Shown here piece after piece: positions 9,535 to 17,387 of a stretch of DNA of 32,000 bases. The stretch comes from Desulfotalea psychrophila LSv54 (lineage in GTDB: Bacteria; Desulfobacterota; Desulfobulbia; Desulfobulbales; Desulfocapsaceae). A model generated the notes under the pieces. The model was not told the origin of the DNA. It worked only from the letters and a program-made list of their open reading frames with translations, and made no database searches. Every line of letters starts with the position of its first letter. The first letter of the stretch is position 1. The position numbers and the translations under genes are program-made. The DNA is taken from NCBI RefSeq assembly GCF_000025945.1, contig NC_006138.1, positions 270,001 through 302,000 of the forward strand. Reading direction: 5' to 3'.

Positions 9535-10974
9535 ATGTCACAGGTAAAAACATTATCCGCGTCCCAGGACTACCCCACCCACGAATGTGGTGTTTGCGGT
9601 ATTTTCGACCATGAAGATGCTGCAAAGCTCACCTACTTCGGCCTCTATGCCCTCCAGCACCGTGGCCAAGAAAGTGCGGGAATTGTTACATCAACCGGCA
9701 AAGAGGTCTTTCTTCACAAAGATATGGGACTTGTGCCCGAGATCTTTACCGAAGATATCCTGCAAGGACTTAAAGGGGACATGTCCATCGGCCATGTACG
9801 CTACTCCACCACCGGTGCGTCCAACTTCACCAATACCCAACCCCTGATGGTTCACCATAAGAACCAGACCCTCTCCGTTGCCCACAATGGCAACCTGGTG
9901 AACTCCACCGAGCTCAGAAACAGGCTCGAGGAGAGTGGTTCTATCTTTCAAACCACCATGGACTCCGAGGCCGTCCTCCATCTCATGGTACGCAACAGCG
10001 GTCCCGATCTCGATAAAACACTGAGCGAGACATTCCGTGCCCTCAAGGGTGCCTATTCCCTGCTCTATATGACCGAGGACACCCTCGTTGCCGTCCGTGA
10101 TCCCGATGGATTTCGCCCCCTCTGCCTTGGTCGCCTGACCACTGGCGGCTGGGTTATAGCCTCTGAAACCTGCGCCCTCGACCTCATCGAGGCCGATTAT
10201 GTACGTGATATCGAGCCGGGTGAAGTTCTTATCATGAAAAGAGGTGAGGAGATGCGCTCCATCTTCCCATGGCCAAAACAGACCCCGCACCACTGCATCT
10301 TTGAGCAGGTCTACTTTGCCCGTCCCGATTCCGATGTCTTTGGTATCAACGTCTATCAATCACGTAAGCAGATGGGTAAGATCCTGGCCCGCGAGGCAAA
10401 GATTGATGCCGATTTCGTTATGCCCTTTCCTGATTCCGGTAACTATGCGGCCATTGGCTATGCACAGGAATCCGGTATTCCCATGGAGATGGGCGTGATC
10501 AGAAATCACTATGTGGGCAGGACATTCATTGAACCAAGCCAGTCCATGCGTGACTTCAACGTCAAGGTCAAGCTCAACCCCGTACGATCTCTCTTGAAGG
10601 GAAAACGGGTTATCATCGTTGAGGATTCTATTATCCGAGGAACAACAGGTAAGAGTCGGGTACGAGCCCTACGCGAGGCGGGGGCCAAAGAGATCCACAT
10701 GGTGGTCAGCTGTCCTCCGACCATGCATGCCTGCTACTATGGCATCGATTTCCCAACCTCATCACAGCTCATTGCCTGCAATAAGAACGTCGAAGAAATC
10801 GCAGAATATCTGGGCCTGGACTCTCTCCACTACCTCAGCCTTGAGGGCATGGTAGAGGCAACGGGTATCCCTAAAGAGCACTACTGTCTGGCCTGTTTCA
10901 ATGGCATTTACCCCATCGCCCCTGATCAAAAATATCACAAAGACGCTCTGGCAACAAAGGTTGTCAAGGGCTAG
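9535..10974 (+). CDS. purF: amidophosphoribosyltransferase
   Basis: Ntn-amidotransferase N-terminus ...HECGVCGIF, a PRPP-binding loop VIIVEDSIIRGTT and C-terminal Cys residues for an FeS cluster. The ATG at 9535 has AAGGA 5-6 nt upstream. The alternative ATG at 9499 adds 12 aa. Confidence 0.9.
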   Translation: MSQVKTLSASQDYPTHECGVCGIFDHEDAAKLTYFGLYALQHRGQESAGIVTSTGKEVFLHKDMGLVPEIFTEDILQGLKGDMSIGHVRYSTTGASNFTNTQPLMVHHKNQTLSVAHNGNLVNSTELRNRLEESGSIFQTTMDSEAVLHLMVRNSGPDLDKTLSETFRALKGAYSLLYMTEDTLVAVRDPDGFRPLCLGRLTTGGWVIASETCALDLIEADYVRDIEPGEVLIMKRGEEMRSIFPWPKQTPHHCIFEQVYFARPDSDVFGINVYQSRKQMGKILAREAKIDADFVMPFPDSGNYAAIGYAQESGIPMEMGVIRNHYVGRTFIEPSQSMRDFNVKVKLNPVRSLLKGKRVIIVEDSIIRGTTGKSRVRALREAGAKEIHMVVSCPPTMHACYYGIDFPTSSQLIACNKNVEEIAEYLGLDSLHYLSLEGMVEATGIPKEHYCLACFNGIYPIAPDQKYHKDALATKVVKG

Positions 10975-10982
10975 AATAAATA

Positions 10983-11009
10983 CAGTACAGGGGGATGCCC
11001 CCTGTACTG
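10983..11009. terminator. convergent-gene hairpin, candidate bidirectional terminator
   Basis: Perfect 12-bp stem CAGTACAGGGGG / CCCCCTGTACTG with a 3-nt loop, between the purF stop (10972) and the regulator stop (11011). A T-rich tail (TATTTATT) is present only on the minus-strand side. Confidence 0.6.
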
Positions 11010-11010
11010 C

Positions 11011-11865
11011 TTATCTGCGAAAAACCACCGAATAGTCACCTGCAGCACGAGACTCCTCCATGGCCATTCTTGCCTTTTTGATCAACCTAAACTCGGCATC
11101 ATCTAAGTCCTCGTCCTTCTCAATGGAACAGGAAACGCATCCTATCGCCAGGGGCTGCTCACCAAAATTCTTCTCAAGATTCTGCAAGAGAACCCGTTGG
11201 ACGATCTCTGCGGCCTGATCGGCATTGGTTTCCGGCAGGAGAAGGGCAAATTCACGCTTTGTGCAACGACAGGCATGATCCACATAGGAACGGATAGAAG
11301 ACTTTAAAATCAAGCCAATCTCGGCAAGTTGTTCCTTCTCCACATCCTGCAAATAGAGCATGGCCAGATGCATGGGACGTTTTTGCCGCTGGGCACGTTC
11401 GAGTTCACGGGAGAGATGGACAAAGAAGGCGTTACCATCCTCAAGCCCCGTGGCCTCATCAAAATCAGCTATGAGCGAGAGTCTGTAGCGCAGAGCAGAT
11501 TCCCGCCTGGCCCGCTCAATTTTAAGCTCCAGCTCTCTTGCCATAACCGGCTCAGCAACAAAATCCAGGGCACCTCCCTCAACGGCAGCCACATAGACAT
11601 TCTCCTCGTCCGCCCCCACCAGAATGAGGCCAATGCTACGCCTTACCTCCCTCATGGCAATAAGCGCCTCCTCCTCTGCTCCTGCGGGCAGATGATCCAC
11701 CAAAAGGAGATCAACCCTTCTACTACGGGTCGCAACCAATGCCTCGGCATAGTCAACGGCAGTAATCACCCTATAGCCATATCCACGGACGAGCTCCTCC
11801 AAGTTTTTCCCCAGCAGCTCTTCCTCCACCACCAAGAGCAGCACAAATGACGCTTTGCCAATCAT
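11011..11865 (-). CDS. response-regulator-like protein with atypical receiver and degenerate GGDEF domain
   Basis: 284 aa; the ATG is preceded by AAGGAG. The N-terminal CheY-like fold has DLLLVD, and the C-terminal GGDEF-fold region reads RCTKREFALLLP where RxGGDEFxxLLP is expected. Confidence 0.65.
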   Translation of the reverse strand: MIGKASFVLLLVVEEELLGKNLEELVRGYGYRVITAVDYAEALVATRSRRVDLLLVDHLPAGAEEEALIAMREVRRSIGLILVGADEENVYVAAVEGGALDFVAEPVMARELELKIERARRESALRYRLSLIADFDEATGLEDGNAFFVHLSRELERAQRQKRPMHLAMLYLQDVEKEQLAEIGLILKSSIRSYVDHACRCTKREFALLLPETNADQAAEIVQRVLLQNLEKNFGEQPLAIGCVSCSIEKDEDLDDAEFRLIKKARMAMEESRAAGDYSVVFRR

Positions 11866-11919
11866 ATAAGGCTCCTTAATTCATTTTAAAGTCTTCTCTG
11901 TGCCAAGGAGAGAGCTTCC

Positions 11920-12126
11920 CTACTTCTTCTTCCTCGGATCATCTCCTGTTTCAAACATCTCAAAGAGATCATAAAAGAGGCGGGTTACAGCACTGTAGTG
12001 AGTGGCAGAGCCTGAGCTGGCATAGGCCTTAGTCAACTCCATGGCCTTAACAAAACTCTCCTGACTCTCCGCATCATCTCTCTTCTTAAGTGCTGCCACG
12101 AGTTTTTCTCCGACCTTCTGCTCCAT
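11920..12126 (-). CDS. hypothetical small acidic helical protein (68 aa)
   Basis: ATG at 12126 preceded by GGGAG (the track TTG start is at 12138). I recognise no motif. Coding is supported only by ORF, RBS and operon context. Confidence 0.4.
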   Translation of the reverse strand: MEQKVGEKLVAALKKRDDAESQESFVKAMELTKAYASSGSATHYSAVTRLFYDLFEMFETGDDPRKKK

Positions 12127-12165
12127 AACGACTCCCAAACCTTTTTGTTTTTTCAGGCCACTATT

Positions 12166-12492
12166 TTATGAAGAGAGTTGCCAGCCATCAAAGCGGGCCG
12201 CAATGCCCGAGAGCTCTGCCTGCCGATAGAGCGCCTGAAAGACCCCCTCCATCCTCGCCAGATGTTCTGTCGAAATTATCCCTGCCCGCTTCAGAACAAT
12301 GATCTGCCAGTCATGCCGGGCGGCATAGCGCCCGCACAGGACCCTACCCTCCTCGTCGGAGGCGGCAAAGACAATCATATTTACCAGACCAGCCTTCCAC
12401 CTCTGAGCCTCAAGGCTCTCAGCACCCGGGCAAACCTCATACTGATACCAGATGGCAGAGAGATTCTCTCCACAATTTTTTCCCGCCTGCAT
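12166..12492 (-). CDS. hypothetical protein (108 aa)
   Basis: ATG at 12492 preceded by GGAGG at about 5-nt spacing. No motif recognised. Confidence 0.45.
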   Translation of the reverse strand: MQAGKNCGENLSAIWYQYEVCPGAESLEAQRWKAGLVNMIVFAASDEEGRVLCGRYAARHDWQIIVLKRAGIISTEHLARMEGVFQALYRQAELSGIAARFDGWQLSS

Positions 12493-12595
12493 ATAACCTC
12501 CACCTCTATGATAAAATCATATCATAAGACAAGATCTCTGTTTTACATAAATAAAAATTTAGAGCGCAGGACGCAAAGAGGCAGCAGAAAGGGGT

Positions 12596-12621
12596 TCCCT
12601 CTCCGTGAAAAAAGAGAGGGA
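12596..12621 (-). terminator. weak hairpin after xdhC (possible operon end)
   Basis: 8-bp stem TCCCTCTC / GAGAGGGA with a 10-nt loop, 14 nt downstream of the xdhC stop on the minus strand. The U-tract (CCCCTTTCTG) is poor. Confidence 0.25.
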
Positions 12622-12634
12622 GGGGGGAAAAAGC

Positions 12635-13651
12635 CTAGAGAAGGGTCTTGGCCCGAACACCAATAAGCTCTGCGGCTATACTAACGGAGATCTCCTCGGG
12701 GGTCTGAGCACCGATGGTCAGACCGATGGGAGAGTGGCAACGATCAATATTCGCCTGAGAAACGCCATCGGCCAACAGGGCGTCGTAGATGGCATTTCGT
12801 TTCTTCTTACTGCCAATCATACCGATATAGCGAGCATCGGTCTTCAGGGCATCTCCCAGAACAGTCAGATCATGGACATGCCCACGGGTAACAATGATGA
12901 TATAGGCATCTTCAGGGATGGAGAGATCGGTACAGCAATCCTCAAAGCTAGCGAGGACACGCACCTCATCAACGGTGGGGAAGCGTTCTACATTGGCAAA
13001 ATCATCTCGATCATCAAGGACCACCGTGCGAAAGCCAAGCATGGCTCCTACCCGGGCAGTAAAGAGGGAGACATGACCGGCACCAAAGATATAGAGCGGA
13101 GCCGGCGGGATAAAGGGTTCGGCAAAGCAGAGCTCCGTTTCGGACTTACTAAAACATGGACTCTCCTTCTCCATGGCCTGTCCGGCCAGGGCAGAGTAGT
13201 CCCCAAGCATCACCTCATGTCCTACGGAGCAAAGAGAATCCCCCTTGGAAAAGGTGGTAGAGAGAACCGCTCTCTCACCCCGGCGCAGCAGGCCATCCAA
13301 CTCCCGATAGGCCAGGGCGCAGGGACCGGTGGACTCAATGGTCTCCAGGAGGACCGAGAGATTACCACCACAGATCATATCTGAGTTAGCGGCCATCTCC
13401 TGGTCCATATCGGTAAAGGTAAGTTCTGCTCGACCATCCTTACAATCCTCAAGCATTCGGCGGGCATCACGACAGGCGATGGCCTCCACGATACCACCGC
13501 CGATGGTACCAATGGCAGTGTGCTGGGCTCGGACAACCATCTTCGCCCCCGAGGAACGCGGGGTAGAGCCGGAGCTCTCTAAAACAGTGGCAAGTACACA
13601 GGGTTCACCCTGCTCAATAAGTTCACACAGGGAACGGACAAAGGCCTTCAT
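12635..13651 (-). CDS. xdhC: XdhC/CoxI-family Moco-insertion accessory protein
   Basis: 338 aa. The N-terminal XdhC_CoxI-type segment reads CVLATVLESSGSTPRSSGAKMVV, and the C-terminal Rossmann-like LYIFGAGHVSL is present. The ATG lies 3 nt after the ligase stop, with GGAGAG upstream. Confidence 0.85.
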   Translation of the reverse strand: MKAFVRSLCELIEQGEPCVLATVLESSGSTPRSSGAKMVVRAQHTAIGTIGGGIVEAIACRDARRMLEDCKDGRAELTFTDMDQEMAANSDMICGGNLSVLLETIESTGPCALAYRELDGLLRRGERAVLSTTFSKGDSLCSVGHEVMLGDYSALAGQAMEKESPCFSKSETELCFAEPFIPPAPLYIFGAGHVSLFTARVGAMLGFRTVVLDDRDDFANVERFPTVDEVRVLASFEDCCTDLSIPEDAYIIIVTRGHVHDLTVLGDALKTDARYIGMIGSKKKRNAIYDALLADGVSQANIDRCHSPIGLTIGAQTPEEISVSIAAELIGVRAKTLL

Positions 13652-13654
13652 AGA

Positions 13655-14956
13655 TTATCTCTCCTCATCTATCTGTAGACAGCGTTTGGCCAAACCGGGA
13701 ACAGCCGGCCTGCCGTCGTTTTTTATCTCAATACTTATTTGCAAGGAACCTAACTCAATGGCCCGGAAAATAGTAGGTATCTTTTTCAGGGCAACTCTTA
13801 TGGCAGACTCAAGGCTACCCCCTCTTCCACAGGCCAGGATTCCCAAGCGACCGGGAGCAAGCGATGCACTAAAATCCGCCAGACCAGCAACGGAGTAGAG
13901 AGCCTCGTTCAACTCATCTATTGTCAGTAAAGGCGAAGAATCTTGGGGCAAACGACGAATCCAGGGATCAAGGCGGCGACTGGTACTGCCACAGGGGCAG
14001 GTGTCAGCCAGAATACGACCCAGATCTCCGCTCCGATAACGAATCAGGGGCATGCCCCATCGCTGCAGGGTGGTCAGCACCAATTCGCCAAATTTACCGT
14101 CGGGCAAGGGCTGGCCTGTCTCTGGATCGGTGATCTCTAAAAATATATCGGCCTCCCGCAGGTGCATACCCGAATGGGGGGCACACTGGACGGCACCGCC
14201 AAGACCGGTTTCAATCATGCCCCAGTGCCGATAGGCTCGGCAGCCCCAGATTCTCTCGATATTATGGACAACGGCGGTGGAGGGGGCATCCCAGCAGAGG
14301 AGGACCGAGGCAATTTGGCCATGCCCAAGACCACGCCTGGCCCACTCACAGGCAAGCAGATTAAGATGGGCGGCAGGCCCAATGACACAATCCGCATCCA
14401 CCTGGAGGAGGTGGTCGACGGCTGCTGCCACCTCATCCACCATTCCATGGGAGACGATGTGCACCCCGCGTCGTTCAAGTCCCTCAACGAGAAGACGACC
14501 CACCCCGCCCGGACGGGCTGTGGGCATAAGGAGAAAGGCGGTCTGCCCGGCCGCAACCAGATGAGCCATGCCCGCATCAAAGTAGTCCACCGTTGCCTGC
14601 AGATCACTCTCCGTATAGAAGATGCGCTTAGGGGCACCGGTGGTCCCGGAACTCTGCACGGTCACCGCCCGGGCAATCTCATCCTGAGAGACACAGAGAA
14701 ACTGCTCCGGGCCAGCCCGAAGGTCATCGGCCGTAACCCGGGGTAGGGCCGAGAATGCCTGAAGGCTATCAAGACTTTCCAGCTCAAGGCCGGCAAAATG
14801 GCGGCGATAAAAGGGGCTCTTCTCCCGGGCATGCAGGATCGTCTTCTGCAGATATTTCAGCTGCCAGGCACTCATCTCCTCTGCCGTGGGCGCGCTGCTC
14901 TCCTCCGACATACCCATACGCCTGAGGAGAAGTCGATCAAGATGGGATAGGGCCAT
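13655..14956 (-). CDS. PaaK/F390-synthetase-like adenylate-forming (acyl-CoA) ligase
   Basis: It has the SSGTTGAPKRIFYT P-loop and PaaK-like length. The track start at 14986 overlaps the radical SAM gene by 50 nt. The ATG at 14956 has GAGGA 7 nt upstream (20-nt overlap). ATG 14917 or 14911 are alternatives. Confidence 0.75.
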   Translation of the reverse strand: MALSHLDRLLLRRMGMSEESSAPTAEEMSAWQLKYLQKTILHAREKSPFYRRHFAGLELESLDSLQAFSALPRVTADDLRAGPEQFLCVSQDEIARAVTVQSSGTTGAPKRIFYTESDLQATVDYFDAGMAHLVAAGQTAFLLMPTARPGGVGRLLVEGLERRGVHIVSHGMVDEVAAAVDHLLQVDADCVIGPAAHLNLLACEWARRGLGHGQIASVLLCWDAPSTAVVHNIERIWGCRAYRHWGMIETGLGGAVQCAPHSGMHLREADIFLEITDPETGQPLPDGKFGELVLTTLQRWGMPLIRYRSGDLGRILADTCPCGSTSRRLDPWIRRLPQDSSPLLTIDELNEALYSVAGLADFSASLAPGRLGILACGRGGSLESAIRVALKKIPTIFRAIELGSLQISIEIKNDGRPAVPGLAKRCLQIDEER

Positions 14957-16286
14957 TGCATTTTCCTCGATACAGGGTCTCGCCATCCATTGAGGTCAGG
15001 TTATAGGCGCAAAAGGGAATGAGGCGACCGTCTGGAGAGACCACATGGATACAGCACCCCCGCAGCCTCTCAAAATCAAGGGTCCAGGCATCCTGAAAGG
15101 CCATGGCCGAAATGGCCAGGCTATGGCTGGCGGCCCGACTGATAAATCTTCCCAAATCATCCTCTAGCGCCCCGGCCATGGGTAAACTCTGCTTGACTCC
15201 GGCCCACTGCCGCTTAACAAAGGATTTAGCCTTATCGGCCCCCTCTCTGGCTGGCCTGGGAGCACAGTCACACTTGCCTCCGGCGGAGAGCTTTGTCAGC
15301 CCACCCTCCTCGGTGACCATATAGTTGCCATTAAAGGAACAGTGAGAGTGTTCACAGCCCGGAGGTTGAAAATCCGCAGCATGAACAGCACCACCGCTCT
15401 GGACCTCAAGCAGGTCCATCAGCTCCGGCAGGGTGATACGCTCTTCATCCCCGGGCGCCTGCGGATATCTGCCAAAATAGCTGACCGGCTGAAAATGAAC
15501 CCCCCGCACATGGGGAGAGTTCTGCACAGCCAGATCAAGGATTGCCCCCAAATTATGATCATTCAAGCCCGGCACCACCACGGGTACCAGAACAATACCA
15601 ATTCCGGCCTGAGAGAGGGCCTCAATAGCTGCCCTCTTTTCTGCCATGAGGGGACGACCTCGCAGACTGCTATAGATGGCATCTTCGGTGCCATCAAACT
15701 GAAGAAAGACGGAATCAAGGCCCGCCTCGGCCAGCCTCTGAGCATAACCCTCTTCACGGGCAATACGCAGACCATTGGTATTGAGCTGAATAAAGGGAAA
15801 GCCCCTCTTTTTAGCCAGGGCAATGAGCTCCGCCAGATCATCACGCATGGTGGGCTCACCACCAGAGAGCTGAATATTACAAAAGCCCGAAGCAAGCTCC
15901 ACCCGCTCCAGCAGTTGAGAAATTTCTGCCTGACTGGGATCGGGAGCAGCCTTCTTGCCAGAGGAGGCAAAACAGACGGGACAACCCAGATCACAGCGCC
16001 AGGTCACCTCAAGAAGAGCAGTGCAGGTGTGCTGACCATGAGCGGCACAGAGGCCACAGTCATAGGGACAGCCCCTGTCCACCGCAGTAAAAGGGGTCTT
16101 AGGCTGGGAAGGAATCTTGGTCCGGGACCACTCCTTAAAGGAAGTACCGGCTCGCCAAACTACCGTTTTAAAAGCACCATGCTCAGGACACTCCTTCAAC
16201 AGATAGGTATTGCCCTCAATAGTTTCATGGTGAGCGGGGATAGCCTTCAAGCAAACGGGACAGACACTTCTAGCGATGGAGTTCAT
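14937..16286 (-). CDS. radical SAM enzyme with N-terminal Zn-ribbon and extra Cys clusters
   Basis: The CX3CX2C motif is RCDLGCPVCF (C98/C102/C105). N-terminal CPVC...CPEHG is followed by GCPYDCGLCAAHGQHTC, and C-terminal Cys pairs occur (GCEHSHC, KCDC, GCC). The ATG overlaps the upstream stop as ATGA. Confidence 0.85.
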   Translation of the reverse strand: MNSIARSVCPVCLKAIPAHHETIEGNTYLLKECPEHGAFKTVVWRAGTSFKEWSRTKIPSQPKTPFTAVDRGCPYDCGLCAAHGQHTCTALLEVTWRCDLGCPVCFASSGKKAAPDPSQAEISQLLERVELASGFCNIQLSGGEPTMRDDLAELIALAKKRGFPFIQLNTNGLRIAREEGYAQRLAEAGLDSVFLQFDGTEDAIYSSLRGRPLMAEKRAAIEALSQAGIGIVLVPVVVPGLNDHNLGAILDLAVQNSPHVRGVHFQPVSYFGRYPQAPGDEERITLPELMDLLEVQSGGAVHAADFQPPGCEHSHCSFNGNYMVTEEGGLTKLSAGGKCDCAPRPAREGADKAKSFVKRQWAGVKQSLPMAGALEDDLGRFISRAASHSLAISAMAFQDAWTLDFERLRGCCIHVVSPDGRLIPFCAYNLTSMDGETLYRGKCNGPIPS

Positions 16287-16738
16287 AAAAGTTCACGCCC
16301 CTCTGTCGGATCACAGCCATTATCAAGCAAGATCTCCCGGACCCGGCCATGGGCATCAGCTAACAGGGAGCCACAGAGAGAGGTATTCATCTGCGGCGTA
16401 CTACCATCAAGAATATCAAGGCAGCGGATACCTGCATGGGCGCTGGTTCTGCTTACAAACCACTGAGCAAACTCTTCCAGCATAAGGGCAAGTTTACCAT
16501 CGGCCTGCTCCATGGCAAGCCCCTTACCTGCATAAAGGCCCAAAAGCAGATTGGCTCCGGCATAGACTCCGCAGGGGCCGGTACCGTCTCCCATGCCATT
16601 ACAGAAACCCGAGGCCGCCCGGACCAGATCCGGATTTTCCCGATCCATCTCATCCAGGGCCAGCAGGACCATGATCTGGGTACAGCAATAACCCTGCGCA
16701 CCTAACTCCATAACTTGCATTCCAATATCATCTAACAT
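16283..16738 (-). CDS. C_GCAxxG_C_C-family putative redox protein
   Basis: 151 aa with N-terminal GYCCTQ, central GPCGVYAG (a GCAxxG-type motif) and two distal Cys (IRCLD, SLCGS). The ATG abuts the upstream TAG, with AGGAGG inside the upstream gene's last codons. Confidence 0.75.
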   Translation of the reverse strand: MLDDIGMQVMELGAQGYCCTQIMVLLALDEMDRENPDLVRAASGFCNGMGDGTGPCGVYAGANLLLGLYAGKGLAMEQADGKLALMLEEFAQWFVSRTSAHAGIRCLDILDGSTPQMNTSLCGSLLADAHGRVREILLDNGCDPTEGRELL

Positions 16739-17386
16739 CTACTCCTCCTTTTTTTGCCCAACCAATAAATAGTAACCGAGCTGAGGCTGACCGCAGTTGC
16801 ACGCCTGTTCCTCTCCACCGGCAAAGAGAAGCCGGGCCGCCAGTTGATGAAGGAGACGGGAATGATCCTCTACCAAAAGCAGGCGAAAGCCCGCCGCCTC
16901 TACAATCGCCTCTGTTTGCGCCCGGGGCAGGGCCCTGACCGCGCAGGAGGTCCCCCCCGCAGGGTCTCCATGACCACAGAGATCGGAGAGGAGAAGAAAA
17001 GCACCGGGTTGCAGCACCCTGTTAAACTCTGCCAGGCCCTGCTCCGCATCCGGGAAGAGGGAGAGGACACATTCACAAAAGAGGGCCCGAAAAGAGGAGG
17101 AGAGAAAGGGAAGATCATCCCCCCAGGCCTGGACCTGCCCCGTACCACGACCACGCTTAAGCTGAGTCCAGGAGGGCTCTACCCCATGGGCCATGGCTCC
17201 ATAACGCGCGCGCAGACGCTCGACGGTGGCACCAAGGCCACTGCCCACATCAAGAACGGGCCAACCAGGAGCCAGCCCCACAAAGTCCGCGGCCCTATCT
17301 GTTATGGTAAACCCGCCCGGGCGCAGGGTATCCCCGGCAGCCAGGCGAAGCAGTGGCTGTTCCCAGAGAGGTACTGACTGCACCAC
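16739..17386 (-). CDS. class I SAM-dependent methyltransferase
   Basis: Motif I is VLDVGSGLGATVERL and the length is 215 aa. The GTG start lies 1 nt after the upstream stop, with GGAGGA 8 nt upstream. Confidence 0.8.
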   Translation of the reverse strand: MVQSVPLWEQPLLRLAAGDTLRPGGFTITDRAADFVGLAPGWPVLDVGSGLGATVERLRARYGAMAHGVEPSWTQLKRGRGTGQVQAWGDDLPFLSSSFRALFCECVLSLFPDAEQGLAEFNRVLQPGAFLLLSDLCGHGDPAGGTSCAVRALPRAQTEAIVEAAGFRLLLVEDHSRLLHQLAARLLFAGGEEQACNCGQPQLGYYLLVGQKKEE

Positions 17387-17387
17387 C

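Noticed and set aside
12605-16466. Long + strand ORFs 12605-13384, 13329-13898, 14162-14746 and 15342-16466, antisense to xdhC, the ligase and the radical SAM gene
   Set aside because: All lie opposite genes with clear catalytic motifs in a GC-rich stretch where stop codons are rare. They have no SDs and no motifs.
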